A program made the translations under genes and the position numbers. Of a stretch of DNA of 64,000 nucleotides, positions 1 to 10,534 are shown piece by piece. The DNA is from a virus, in the IMG/VR virus record IMGVR_UViG_3300022723_000207, positions 64,001 through 128,000 of that record. One strand, given 5' to 3'. Under the pieces are notes generated by a model, which did not search any database, was not told the origin of the DNA, and was given only the letters and a program-made list of their open reading frames with translations. The number at the start of each line of letters is the position of its first letter. The stretch's first letter is position 1.

Positions 1-588
1 GAACAAGTGATCATGCGTGCTACGTATGGTATTAATGCTGATGGTGAGTATTCTGAAGCTGGTCCCAAGAGTACTGCAGAAATTGCCAAAGCATTTGGTG
101 TTAGCAATGTTAGAATTTCTCAGGTGAGGAAAAAGGCACAACAGAAAATTAAGGACTATTTAGATAGTCGTGGACTGGGGTCACCAGAAGAGGCTATGGT
201 TGCATTTGGTATTGAGGAAGCCAAACTGGTTGCTGCAGCCAAATTGGTTATTGAATCTATGGCCGAAATCATTGAGTTAAATATTGAGCTAATGCAGGAG
301 CATCAAAACATTCCTGTTGATGTTGCTGTCAGTGGTGTAACTCGTCATGCCGTGGTCAAGATTAATTCAGACACATTTGAAGTGGATGACGTTGTAGCTG
401 AAGGAAATGAAAGTGTCATGTATAACACTGACATGACGCAGATTGCGGAAGCTGTTGATCTAGCCAAGGCTAAATTGAGTCAAGGGTATTTTTCTGAGAC
501 TGTTGCCACTATCGTTCAGATGCATGCTCAGCCAATACTTGGTGTAATTGGCCGATTAGAGGATGATGACGAAGAAACGGAAGATTAA
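1..588 (+). CDS. Sigma70 region-4-like HTH protein, 5' part outside the window
   Basis: YG...KSTAEIAKAFGVSNVRISQVRKKAQQKIK matches the sigma70 region 4.2 pattern; the frame is open to the window edge. Confidence 0.6.
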   Translation, partial: EQVIMRATYGINADGEYSEAGPKSTAEIAKAFGVSNVRISQVRKKAQQKIKDYLDSRGLGSPEEAMVAFGIEEAKLVAAAKLVIESMAEIIELNIELMQEHQNIPVDVAVSGVTRHAVVKINSDTFEVDDVVAEGNESVMYNTDMTQIAEAVDLAKAKLSQGYFSETVATIVQMHAQPILGVIGRLEDDDEETED

Positions 589-644
589 TAGAATTTTCTA
601 GGTCCCCCTGGTGATAACTGGGGGATCGGTGTATTTTATAAGCA

Positions 645-2621
645 GTGCAGATCGTAATAACTGATAATCATACTTTGCGTTTGACGCAAGTTTATGAACT
701 TCATGAAGAAGTTTTAGATGAGCATTTTCGTGTTAAGGATCCACAGGCTCATCACAAATTGAGTATGCGTCGTGGATATTGGGATGGTTACTATCGGTTT
801 TATAATTCCAAAAACCAAACCTTAGCTAGAGGTTATTTGAAGGATTTAATTGAGTTATGTGTTAAGAATGATTTTCCTTTTGAAATCATCGATAAGAGGC
901 CCAAATCTAAATACCCTGTCCCAGCACCTGGTTCTTTTGATAATCAGTTAATAGATGCTGAAATTAAAGGTAACAAAATAGTCGCTCATGATCACCAGAT
1001 GCGGTGTTGGGATGCAGTGTGCAAGGCATCTCAACACCCAATATATGAAGTCTGCACTCACTTCCACCCTACAGGTGGCGGTAAGTCTTTGATGATGGCG
1101 GGTATCGTAAAGTTGATTAGATGCCCGACGGTAATCATAACTGAACAGTCGATTGTCTTGAATCAAATAGTTAATAGTTTGAAACTATTCAATGTAGTTC
1201 ATCATGATGATATTGGTGAATTTTATTCAGGGAAAATGCCAGAAGGTAATGTGGTGTGTGTTGGTTCAATAGCTGCTTTGCAGACTCCTGTTAAGCCGCA
1301 GTTAGCCAAGTTCAATGTTAGAATGGCTACCCTGAAAAAAGATTTCAATAGCATGTATGCCAAAGATTACGACAAGTTAAAGACGATAATGTCTGTTAAA
1401 GCAATAGACGCTTGGCGTAGATCTTGTGTTCTTGATGATGTTGGTGAATTGTATGATAAGAATTTGAAGAAGGATAAGAAAAACCGAATTGATCTATCAG
1501 ACCTGATCCCTAAGCATAAAGATTGGGATGAAGTTGTTAAAGATATTGCTATTAATATTGGATTTTGGATAAAGAAAGACAAAAAGAAACTTGAGAAGTT
1601 GATTGGTAGTTTTAATGTTGCTACGTGGGAAGAGACAGAGCACGTGTCTTCTTCTTACCACAAAGAATTGAAGAATGCTATGGCTATATGGTATACTTTC
1701 GAGAGAAAGAAATATTTCGATATTGCCAGAAAAGCGTACCACACCCGGCTAGATAAATGTAGAGAATTACAGAATATGGTGTCGGAATGCGAATTATTAA
1801 TTGTTGATGAGATGGATAATGCAGCTTCTGCTAATTATACTCCTTTGTTCACGGAGTGGTTTCAGGGCAGGTATGTCCATGGGTTTAGTGGGACCCCTTA
1901 TGATCCAGATAAGCCAGTAGAAGAGATGCGCCTACGTGGCTATTTTGGGCCTGTTTCCTCTAAATCTGAGAGAAGAGAATTAGAAGAGATTGGACAGATA
2001 CAGCCAGTTAAATATTTTATGATTCAATTCGGTGATGTAGATCAACAGGATAAGACAGCATTTGATGTGGCTGAAAGAGATGTCATAATTGATAATTGCG
2101 ATTTTCATAGCGTAATAAAGAAGTCGGTTTTAAATTGGCCAGATGAGAGTCATTTAATTATTGTAGATACGACCAATGTTGAGGATCTTGGAAAGAGGTT
2201 AAATGAAATCATTCCTAACTCGGTATTTGTTTATGGAAAAGTATCTCCAAAAAAGAGACAAGCGATGATTAGGGATTTTGAGAATGGCGATATCAATGTG
2301 TTGATTGTTAGTAAAGTTGGTAAGAGAGGGATGGACTTAGGTGGTGGCGCACACAATATGCATATCATTGGGGGTGGAAAGAATCAGAGCAATTTTGATC
2401 AAATTATTGGTCGTGGTGTTCGTAATAATGATCGCGGTTGGGCTAGGGTTTTCGATTATTACTATACTGGCAATTATTATCTCTTAAGGCACTCTCGTAG
2501 GAGGCTCAATTTTATTTGTCAAATGGGTTATCAAGCCAAGATAATATTTGGCACAAAAGTGATAGAAGCTCAAAAGTTTATATCTTCTAGGTATAGAATA
2601 CCAAAAGAATTTATTTCTTGA
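645..2621 (+). CDS. uvsW: UvsW-like SF2 DNA helicase
   Basis: Walker A HPTGGGKS, motif II IVDEMD, SGTP, motif VI QIIGRGVR; lies next to a gp55-like gene as in many T4-like phages. Confidence 0.8.
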   Translation: MQIVITDNHTLRLTQVYELHEEVLDEHFRVKDPQAHHKLSMRRGYWDGYYRFYNSKNQTLARGYLKDLIELCVKNDFPFEIIDKRPKSKYPVPAPGSFDNQLIDAEIKGNKIVAHDHQMRCWDAVCKASQHPIYEVCTHFHPTGGGKSLMMAGIVKLIRCPTVIITEQSIVLNQIVNSLKLFNVVHHDDIGEFYSGKMPEGNVVCVGSIAALQTPVKPQLAKFNVRMATLKKDFNSMYAKDYDKLKTIMSVKAIDAWRRSCVLDDVGELYDKNLKKDKKNRIDLSDLIPKHKDWDEVVKDIAINIGFWIKKDKKKLEKLIGSFNVATWEETEHVSSSYHKELKNAMAIWYTFERKKYFDIARKAYHTRLDKCRELQNMVSECELLIVDEMDNAASANYTPLFTEWFQGRYVHGFSGTPYDPDKPVEEMRLRGYFGPVSSKSERRELEEIGQIQPVKYFMIQFGDVDQQDKTAFDVAERDVIIDNCDFHSVIKKSVLNWPDESHLIIVDTTNVEDLGKRLNEIIPNSVFVYGKVSPKKRQAMIRDFENGDINVLIVSKVGKRGMDLGGGAHNMHIIGGGKNQSNFDQIIGRGVRNNDRGWARVFDYYYTGNYYLLRHSRRRLNFICQMGYQAKIIFGTKVIEAQKFISSRYRIPKEFIS

Positions 2622-2658
2622 ATAATTGACCATAAACAGTGTTTGCGTACATATAAGT

Positions 2659-4716
2659 ATGGGCACACAAACAATAGTAAAACCGTCTGAAGATTCAGAC
2701 ACTAAATCGTTTAACAAAAAAACTGAAGCGCCAAAGAAGCCAGGCCCACCGAAGAAAAAGAAGAACATGTACTTTGACAATGCGGCTGTTGAGCAGCTGC
2801 TTGATAGGTATGTGCGAAGAGGATGTGTGGATGTAGTATTGCGTGATGAGATTATGTCTCATGCGGAAGAGCTGATTAGACAAATTATTCGAGCCCACAA
2901 TTTTGAACATATTTTCCCAGGGCGAGACCAGTCATCCTTTGGTGAATTATTTCAAGTAGCTTGGATGCAGATTGAAAAAACTTTATATAAATATGATAAT
3001 GGACCTAATTCTCCCAAACTATTTAATATGTGGTGTGTTAAGCCAGACACCAGTATCTTCACAGAAGATGGTATTAAGAGTATATCAAATGCGATAAGCG
3101 ATAATAATATAAAGACTTATGGGTTAGATGGGATAACAGATATTGTTGATAGCGTGCGTAAAGACAGTAGAGTGGTTAATTCCATAACTACTGAATTGGG
3201 ATATGAAATCTCATGCACTCCTGAACATTTGTTGTACAAGCTTGGATCTGACGGCCCAGAATGGGTCAAATCATGCAATATTAAAGATGATGATCTAATT
3301 GGTATACAATATAACCAAAATACGTTTATTGATGATAATAAAGTTGATTTCAATGATAATAAATGGTCAGTTGATGAGATAACTGAAGAATTAGGCTATA
3401 TCATTGGTTTATATATTTCAGAAGGCTGTATTGGTAATAATTGCGTGATGATTTACAATATTGATAGTGAAGTAATTAATAAACTTTTAGATAATGATTT
3501 AGGATTGTCATGCAAGCATTATCCTGATAGACAAGCTGTGCACATACATAATGCTGGGTTTGTTAAGTTTATGGAATCCATTGGACTTGGTGGTTTGAAG
3601 GCTAGTGCCAAGATTGTTCCTGATATTGTCTTAAGATCGTCAAGAAATGTTGTTATATCAGTCATTAAGGGTATGTTTGATGGTGATGGACATTCATCTA
3701 GACATAATGGCTGCGTAGGGTATACTTCTGCTTCTGCAGCCTTAATAAAACAGGTGAGAATGTTATTGTTGAATCTTGGCATCTTATCTAAGATTAGTAG
3801 AGACAACAGGATTATTAGGAAATTTAAGGTAAAGGATAAGAAAGAATACACTAGCATTCTTACTGGTAGCATGCAGATCAGTCTGTCATCATTCGACTCC
3901 CTTAAATATTATGAAATAATTGGGTTTGAAATAGTAAGGAAACAGATAAATGTTAGTAATTTGAAAAATATTAGGGTTTTAAGGTATGGTCTTACGGCCA
4001 AGATTAATGAATTATGTGAAGATAATGGTATTTCTAGCCGATCGTCTGGATTAAGGTCTGCTAGAAATTCAAAGACTGGCTTATGTGATATTAATGAAAC
4101 GGGCAAAAAATTAGCTCTATTAGATGTTAATGAGGATGATCGCAATTTATGTTTTTTGGTTGATAGATTATCGGAAGAAATGAGCAAACATGATAGAGTT
4201 GTTTGGTTGCCAGTTAAATCAATTGAACAATCAGAGTCTGAAGTCTGTGAAATACAGGTATCATCAGAATATAGTTCATATATAGCTAATGGATTTATAT
4301 CGCATAATAGTCAAATTGCTAAGACTAGAATATTGGCATATTTGAAGAAGGAGAAACGCGATAAGAAAAATATGCCATCCTATCGTGATTGGATGCAGCG
4401 TAGGTACAAGACTAAATCACGATCAATTGAAGATTTTGAAGAATTTCTAAGTGAACTTGAACAGTTATGTGATTACGATGATGATTTTTCTGGATTAACA
4501 ATGATAATGAGGAAATTATGGCTTGAAGACGATAAACCTTATGATGGTTTTAAAGCTAAATTGCAGAGATTATCTGGCAAAGACATGAATGTTATTAATC
4601 AATTTTTGAGATTGATTAGATTACACAGAGACGAATTTTCGGCTAATGTATTCGATATGAGGGATTTTGATTACAAGGATGATGGCGGCTATTTCTATAA
4701 CGATCACGATGAATAA
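2659..4716 (+). CDS. gp55-like late sigma factor interrupted by an intein
   Basis: KKNMYFDN N-terminal motif; spliced junction LFNMW|SQIAKTRILAYLKKEKR resembles the gp55 F.YFTQI...F...I.KEKK motif; likely start is ATG 2659. Confidence 0.65.
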   Translation: MGTQTIVKPSEDSDTKSFNKKTEAPKKPGPPKKKKNMYFDNAAVEQLLDRYVRRGCVDVVLRDEIMSHAEELIRQIIRAHNFEHIFPGRDQSSFGELFQVAWMQIEKTLYKYDNGPNSPKLFNMWCVKPDTSIFTEDGIKSISNAISDNNIKTYGLDGITDIVDSVRKDSRVVNSITTELGYEISCTPEHLLYKLGSDGPEWVKSCNIKDDDLIGIQYNQNTFIDDNKVDFNDNKWSVDEITEELGYIIGLYISEGCIGNNCVMIYNIDSEVINKLLDNDLGLSCKHYPDRQAVHIHNAGFVKFMESIGLGGLKASAKIVPDIVLRSSRNVVISVIKGMFDGDGHSSRHNGCVGYTSASAALIKQVRMLLLNLGILSKISRDNRIIRKFKVKDKKEYTSILTGSMQISLSSFDSLKYYEIIGFEIVRKQINVSNLKNIRVLRYGLTAKINELCEDNGISSRSSGLRSARNSKTGLCDINETGKKLALLDVNEDDRNLCFLVDRLSEEMSKHDRVVWLPVKSIEQSESEVCEIQVSSEYSSYIANGFISHNSQIAKTRILAYLKKEKRDKKNMPSYRDWMQRRYKTKSRSIEDFEEFLSELEQLCDYDDDFSGLTMIMRKLWLEDDKPYDGFKAKLQRLSGKDMNVINQFLRLIRLHRDEFSANVFDMRDFDYKDDGGYFYNDHDE
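3034..4308 (+). mobile_element. Intein with LAGLIDADG homing endonuclease (425 aa)
   Basis: Starts CVKPDT, block B SCTPEH, LAGLIDADG motifs IIGLYISEG and IKGMFDGDG, ends YIANGFISHN followed by Ser. Confidence 0.93.
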
Positions 4717-4726
4717 AATATAACAC

Positions 4727-5278
4727 ATGGCTATTCCAAAATCAGCGAATGAACGTATTCGTCGTAAGATACGCAAAAAGAAAGTGGAGCCTAAAGGTAG
4801 AGACGATACTGGCAGAGTAGTTGTTAAGAAAACTGCGAATAACGATCCTAACAGGAACAATCGAAATAGAAATAGTAAGAAGAGAAAAGTATCTGAGGAT
4901 TTTTTAAAATGGTATCGTGGTGGTAATGTAGACAACCCTAATCGATTCGAAAAACTGTTAGAAGATCTAATCACTGTTGCTGTGGAAGCTGGTGGTGAGA
5001 TACCCTTTCCGCTGGAATTGTCAAGATTAGTAGAGCTAAAAGAGTCAATCGATGACGAGGTTCCTTTTGTTATTATACAGAACAAAAATGTCCCTGTTAA
5101 GGTGCATGTCTGCCCAATTTGTAATGAAGAAATATTAGAGAAAACGACACACTTGCCAGAAGATCAGAGGGGTAGTGATTATCCTGAATGGAGACATTCT
5201 TGTGGCGGTCGTTTTAGATATCCTCCAGTAAATAAGGATGATATTATTAGGAGGCTTAAAGGTGTCGGAGGAGATTGA
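4727..5278 (+). CDS. Hypothetical protein, basic N-terminus and C-terminal Zn ribbon
   Basis: CPIC...HSCGG. Confidence 0.5.
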   Translation: MAIPKSANERIRRKIRKKKVEPKGRDDTGRVVVKKTANNDPNRNNRNRNSKKRKVSEDFLKWYRGGNVDNPNRFEKLLEDLITVAVEAGGEIPFPLELSRLVELKESIDDEVPFVIIQNKNVPVKVHVCPICNEEILEKTTHLPEDQRGSDYPEWRHSCGGRFRYPPVNKDDIIRRLKGVGGD

Positions 5279-5894
5279 CCCAGAACTTTCTGGTCTTCTT
5301 AATGAAATAGAAGATGCGGAAGGTGATGCTAGCAAGGCCCAGCTTGAAGAGGATATTGATGATCCTCAAAAAACTGAGATGGAAAAAGATGCAGAAGCGT
5401 CTGCTAGCTTAGAGATTGATGCTGAAGAGAATGATATTGATGATTTTAATTCTTTGGAAGATGATTTTGAAGAGGATGGCAATGATGATTTTGAAGCTCA
5501 AGTGGAATATGAAGCTGAGGTAGTAGAAGTAGACCAAGAAAAAGAGCGAATTGAGAAGAATATTATAGGGCTGCTGGATCAGCATTGTGATAGTGCTAAA
5601 GCAATGTTTGAAGAAGCAGAAGTTGACCGTCGTAGGATTGATGATGTGGTTGCCATATTGCTCCCTAAAATAGAGGGTGATGACTATCGCGGGTCGGATA
5701 TTATGGCATTGGCTAATTTAATTCAGACTAAGGCAGACATTAGTAAAAATAGAGCATCTAATATGGATTCTATTGCCAAATTGTTTGCAGCACTGAAGAA
5801 TAATGATCGGATTGCACCGAATGCTGGCGGTTCTGGCGATGATGACCTCTCAAATGAAGAGATAGCTGTGCTATTGGGTAAGAGAGATGCATGA
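5238..5894 (+). CDS. Putative terminase small subunit
   Basis: Acidic N-terminus and helical C-terminus; position upstream of TerL (positional call only). Confidence 0.4.
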   Translation: MILLGGLKVSEEIDPELSGLLNEIEDAEGDASKAQLEEDIDDPQKTEMEKDAEASASLEIDAEENDIDDFNSLEDDFEEDGNDDFEAQVEYEAEVVEVDQEKERIEKNIIGLLDQHCDSAKAMFEEAEVDRRRIDDVVAILLPKIEGDDYRGSDIMALANLIQTKADISKNRASNMDSIAKLFAALKNNDRIAPNAGGSGDDDLSNEEIAVLLGKRDA

Positions 5895-7317
5895 ATTTAT
5901 AGAAAAAGCTGTCGGAGTGCATGGTCATAATTGTGATTATTCTGAAGTCGATTATGTAAATTCATACACTCCAGTTAAGATAATATGCAAGAAACATGGT
6001 TATTTTTTCCAGAAACCATCTGAACATTTAAGGAGTAAGTATTCGTGTCCAGAATGCAGAAAGTATTCGGTTCGTAATCTACTAAAAAGAAGTTATAATG
6101 AATTTTTAGAGAAATCGATAAAATTGTATGGAAGCGATTATGAATATAAAGAAGAATGGTATGGTGATAAGAGGTCTAAAGTATACTGTAAAGTGCATGG
6201 TGTAGTTAGTATTAATAATAGGACGTTTTTAGAGGGAATGGGATGCCCTAAGTGTGGATATGACAGGTCACATAGTAGTAGAGTGCTATCCACGTCTGAA
6301 TTTGTTGATAGGGCCGTTAAGGTTCACGGCCATAAGTACGACTACACCAATGTCGATTACAGTCATAATAAGATAAATGTTGGGATAAGATGTCAAAAAC
6401 ATGGGGTGTTTTACCAAGAGCCGAATAATCATTTAGAGGGCAAAGGGTGCCCCAAGTGTTCTTTCATTGTTACTAAATTTCACGATGATGTGCAGAAGTT
6501 TATTAAGAGTATTGGGATTGGTTTTAAATCAAATGATAGGAAATCAATTGACCCATATGAAATAGATATATTGTGTGATGGCAATATTGGCATTGAGTGT
6601 CATGGATTATTTTGGCATTCGTATGATAAACCAGAGACGAAAGAGGAAAGATTTCGCCATTATGATAAATATGATTTGGCCACCAAAAACGGTGTTAGTC
6701 TTATTCAGATATACGAAAATGAATGGAAGTACAAGAATGAAATAATTAAGTCTGTTTTATCTTGCAAATTTGGCAAAAATGGTACTATTGGTGCTAGAAA
6801 GTGCACAGTTGTTGAGTTGTCATTTAATGACTATCATAAATTTATGGATGCTAATCATATACAGGGTTCCACTAATAATTGTAGCGTTAGATATGGATTA
6901 ATTTATGGTGGTAAAATAGTATCTTGTATTGGTTTTAACAGGCATTTTAGGTATGGGTGGGAGATATCTAGGTTCGCCAGTTTGCTTTGGTTTAATGTTA
7001 TTGGTGGTTTTAGTAAATTATTCAGAAGATTTATAACTGATTATAACCCAAATACTGTATTGACATATTCTGATCGACGTTACTTTAGTGGTGATATATA
7101 TCGTAGTAATGGTTTTATTTACGATGGCGTTACAGCTCCTGGTTTTTGTTATACTGATAAATTTACAGTTTACCCTAGGCAGAAATTTCAGAAACACAAA
7201 TTGCCTGGTATATTAATAAATTTTAATAAATCATTGACTGGCCCTGAGAATATGTTTGTTAATGGGTATAGAAGAATATGGGATGCTGGTAATCATAGGC
7301 TATTATGGCGGGCTTAA
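5887..7317 (+). CDS. Hef-like mobile nuclease: Zn-ribbon repeats, PD-(D/E)xK domain, GNAT-like C-terminus
   Basis: Three IC.KHG.F...P..HL...CP.C-type repeats; EIDI...IECHGLFWH; EISRFAS...TYSDRRY. Confidence 0.7.
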   Translation: MHEFIEKAVGVHGHNCDYSEVDYVNSYTPVKIICKKHGYFFQKPSEHLRSKYSCPECRKYSVRNLLKRSYNEFLEKSIKLYGSDYEYKEEWYGDKRSKVYCKVHGVVSINNRTFLEGMGCPKCGYDRSHSSRVLSTSEFVDRAVKVHGHKYDYTNVDYSHNKINVGIRCQKHGVFYQEPNNHLEGKGCPKCSFIVTKFHDDVQKFIKSIGIGFKSNDRKSIDPYEIDILCDGNIGIECHGLFWHSYDKPETKEERFRHYDKYDLATKNGVSLIQIYENEWKYKNEIIKSVLSCKFGKNGTIGARKCTVVELSFNDYHKFMDANHIQGSTNNCSVRYGLIYGGKIVSCIGFNRHFRYGWEISRFASLLWFNVIGGFSKLFRRFITDYNPNTVLTYSDRRYFSGDIYRSNGFIYDGVTAPGFCYTDKFTVYPRQKFQKHKLPGILINFNKSLTGPENMFVNGYRRIWDAGNHRLLWRA

Positions 7318-9224
7318 CTAAAAATCAGAAAATAATGGTGTTAAGAAGATGCAAGAAGTCTTTTCAGTACTTCTGTGAGAATTTTTGCAAAATTAAACAT
7401 CCTAATGCTGGAATTATTCCATTTAAACTGTTTAAGTATCAGAAGAAGTCTATTAAGGCATTTAAGAAGTATGATAGAGTAATTTATCGTAAATGCCGCC
7501 AGTCTGGAATATCAACACTCACTGGTGCCTATGCACTTTGGTTGGCGATGTTTCATCCGAACCGCAAAGTATTGATAGTATCCAAAAGAGATGAGGATGC
7601 CATTGGATATCTTAATAGAAATGTAAAATTTGTTTTTGAATATCTTCCTGAGTGGATGCATGCTATTTTTGGTGATCCACGATCAGGCAAGTCTAGAAAA
7701 TACGCTCCTCCTAAGACCTATAACGAGCACACCATTGAATTCTTTCATGGTTCGGATATCAAATCATTAACTAGCTCTAAAGATACTTTGCGGTCCAACA
7801 CTGCTTCTCTTGTTATTATCGATGAAGCTGCATTTATTGATTATATGGAAGAGATGTGGACTGCTGGTCAGCCTACCCTGATGCATGGTGGTCGTGTTAT
7901 TGTGATTTCTACTACTAATGGTAAAGGCAATTGGTATCACAATACATGGGAAGATGCGGTTGCTAATACTAACGGGTTTTATCCAATCCAGATTCCGTGG
8001 TGGAATATGGATTGGGTTATTGAATGGTATGATGAATTAGCTGGAAAACGTATTCGTTTAGCACCTTGCGATGGGATCGAAAAGTGCATTTCTAGAGAAG
8101 ATAAGCTGAGATTTGGCAAGTTCAAGAGCCCCTGGCTTGAGCAGCAATATCGTGAGCTACAAGAAAATGGTGAAGCTTGGAAGTTCCGTCAAGAAATTCT
8201 GATGGAATTTATTGGCGCAGGCAATACAGTATTGAGTCAAGAAGCTTTGCTTACTCTAGAGAATCAGATTAATAATGATTATAAAGTGATGAAAAAATCA
8301 ATAGCTTATAACAATGATAATGCTAACATTAATGGTTATATTTTAGATTTTAATGATGGATTACATATTTGGGAAAGACCAGTTAGAAAGACTCAAGATA
8401 TAATTAATGCTATTGGTAGAGTTGTAACACCAGGAAATCCAGGTAATAAATATAGTTTAGGGGCTGACATATCTTCTGGTGAGGCTACTGACTATTCATC
8501 TATTGTCATTATTGATGCTACTGTTAGAAGACAGGTAGCAGAATTGAAAATTAAATGTGATACCTCAGATTTTGCCAAAATGATCGACTTTTTAGGTAGG
8601 TATTATAACAATGCTTTGGTAGTCGTTGAAAATACTGGAATCGGTAAGCCAGTGGCACAGGATCTGAAGAGGATGTATTATTATCCTAATCTGTACTATC
8701 GCAGATTGCCATCTGGCAAGAAAGATAAGAAACCAGGTTTTCCAACTACAAATGCCAGTAAGCCAGATATTGTTAAGGCTTTAACAGATAATATGGGTAT
8801 TGAAGATGATGGTGTTCTATTTAAATCCGCTAGATTGGCTAAAGAAGCTAATTCATTTATTCATCTTGGTGGCGGCAGAGTTGGCAATGAGCCTGGGACC
8901 AATAATAATGATGACTTAATGATCGCTGCTGGCTTGGCATGCATAGGCATCATGGATGCATTAGAGACACCAGACGGTTTGATACCTACTACATCAAGGC
9001 ATGTTGAAGCTCATATGGAAGAGCGAATCGAAATGACTCTTGATGATGCGCTGACTAAGGGTGGTCGAGAGTTGATGTTTCCGATTGCTGTAGGATCTGA
9101 TCCATCTACCATTATGAATGTGGAAGATGAGGTCAACAATTTTATTAATCAGATGGGTGGAGGTAGGACACCAGACCAGAAAGCGGTAATGCCCGCTACC
9201 AGTAGTAAGAAATATTTCCAATGA
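7305..9224 (+). CDS. terL: Terminase large subunit (gp17-like)
   Basis: KCRQSGIST Walker A, IIDEAAF Walker B, STTNG, nuclease motifs GADIS, DYS, NDDL. Confidence 0.93.
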   Translation: MAGLTKNQKIMVLRRCKKSFQYFCENFCKIKHPNAGIIPFKLFKYQKKSIKAFKKYDRVIYRKCRQSGISTLTGAYALWLAMFHPNRKVLIVSKRDEDAIGYLNRNVKFVFEYLPEWMHAIFGDPRSGKSRKYAPPKTYNEHTIEFFHGSDIKSLTSSKDTLRSNTASLVIIDEAAFIDYMEEMWTAGQPTLMHGGRVIVISTTNGKGNWYHNTWEDAVANTNGFYPIQIPWWNMDWVIEWYDELAGKRIRLAPCDGIEKCISREDKLRFGKFKSPWLEQQYRELQENGEAWKFRQEILMEFIGAGNTVLSQEALLTLENQINNDYKVMKKSIAYNNDNANINGYILDFNDGLHIWERPVRKTQDIINAIGRVVTPGNPGNKYSLGADISSGEATDYSSIVIIDATVRRQVAELKIKCDTSDFAKMIDFLGRYYNNALVVVENTGIGKPVAQDLKRMYYYPNLYYRRLPSGKKDKKPGFPTTNASKPDIVKALTDNMGIEDDGVLFKSARLAKEANSFIHLGGGRVGNEPGTNNNDDLMIAAGLACIGIMDALETPDGLIPTTSRHVEAHMEERIEMTLDDALTKGGRELMFPIAVGSDPSTIMNVEDEVNNFINQMGGGRTPDQKAVMPATSSKKYFQ

Positions 9225-10534
9225 TAGACTGGGAAATCACAAGAAGAAAGTTTAATATTAGCACTGTGGATGGCTATAGACCTAAGGTAGTAGTAAGATG
9301 CGATAAGTGTGGCAAAATAAATGATTTAACAATAAGAGTAAAGTCTAAAGTAATAGACAATAATATTAATTGGATTTGCCATAAGTGTGTTGGTAGTCGC
9401 TCAGAAGTTAGATCTAAACTTAGTAAGTCTACGTCTAAAAAATGGGAAAGTCAAGAGTACAAAAATGAAAGAATACTAAATAGTAAACAACTATGGTCTA
9501 GTCCTGAATTTATCCGCAAGCATCAAGAGTCAGTCAATTCACTTGCTAGTAGAAAGAAATGCTCAGAAGCTGCGGTTAATGCTTGGAAGAATGAGCAATA
9601 CAGAGAACGTCATGCAGTTGCTCTAACTGAGCAGTTTAACAAAATACCATCAACAGAAGTGAATGTCATAGCCATATTAGATGGGTTAGGTGTTGACTAT
9701 GTTCACCAATACGCGGTTGGCCCTTACACTTTTGACTTTTTGATTGAAGATTATTTGTTAATTGAAATTAATGGAAATTATTGGCATACTAGGCCAAATG
9801 TCATTAGGAAAGATAGAGCCAAAGAGTCGTATATTTCTCAAATAAACAAGTACAAGTATAAGGTATTGTGGGAATCACAACTATCTGATGTTGATAAAGT
9901 TATATCATTATTTAAACATTGGATCGGTATTGAGGATGTTAAAGCTAAATCTATTATTCTTAAAGATTTAGAATTTAAATTAGTTTTAGAACCAGAATAT
10001 AAGAAGTTTTTTGGGTGTTATCATTATTTGGGAGGGGCTGGAAGGGCTGGTACAGCAGTCGGCGCATATTTGCGAGATGAGCTGGTGTGTTGCGCTTTAT
10101 TTGCTCATCCAACGAGGCGTGAGACTTACCATAGGTTAAAGTTATCCAAAAATCAATGTTTGGAGCTGACAAGACTTGCTACATCGCCCTTTTATACAAA
10201 CAGTAATTTATGTTCATATTCTATGAAGATGTTTATCAAACTAATATATGGAGAATATAGTGATTTAGCCTGCCTGATTGCTTTTTCAGATCCAATTGAG
10301 GGTCATAATGGAACTGTTTATAAGGCTAGCAATTGGCAATTTGATGGATTTACTGCTAGTTCTTATTATTATGTCAATGGCGATGGTTGGAAGATGCATA
10401 AGAAAACTTTATGGAATAAAGCTAAAGGGATGCATTTGAAAGAAAAAGAATTTGCTGATAAGTTTGGCTACAAGATGGTTAGAACACCACCATTACGTAG
10501 GTTTTTGTATTATTTAGGTAAATATAGAGCATGA
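9221..10534 (+). CDS. Vsr/DUF559-like endonuclease fused to a Mom-like acetyltransferase domain
   Basis: Helical W-repeats; FDF..IEINGNYWH; YHYL, ELTRL, FSDP..GHNGTVYKASNW. Confidence 0.7.
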   Translation: MIDWEITRRKFNISTVDGYRPKVVVRCDKCGKINDLTIRVKSKVIDNNINWICHKCVGSRSEVRSKLSKSTSKKWESQEYKNERILNSKQLWSSPEFIRKHQESVNSLASRKKCSEAAVNAWKNEQYRERHAVALTEQFNKIPSTEVNVIAILDGLGVDYVHQYAVGPYTFDFLIEDYLLIEINGNYWHTRPNVIRKDRAKESYISQINKYKYKVLWESQLSDVDKVISLFKHWIGIEDVKAKSIILKDLEFKLVLEPEYKKFFGCYHYLGGAGRAGTAVGAYLRDELVCCALFAHPTRRETYHRLKLSKNQCLELTRLATSPFYTNSNLCSYSMKMFIKLIYGEYSDLACLIAFSDPIEGHNGTVYKASNWQFDGFTASSYYYVNGDGWKMHKKTLWNKAKGMHLKEKEFADKFGYKMVRTPPLRRFLYYLGKYRA

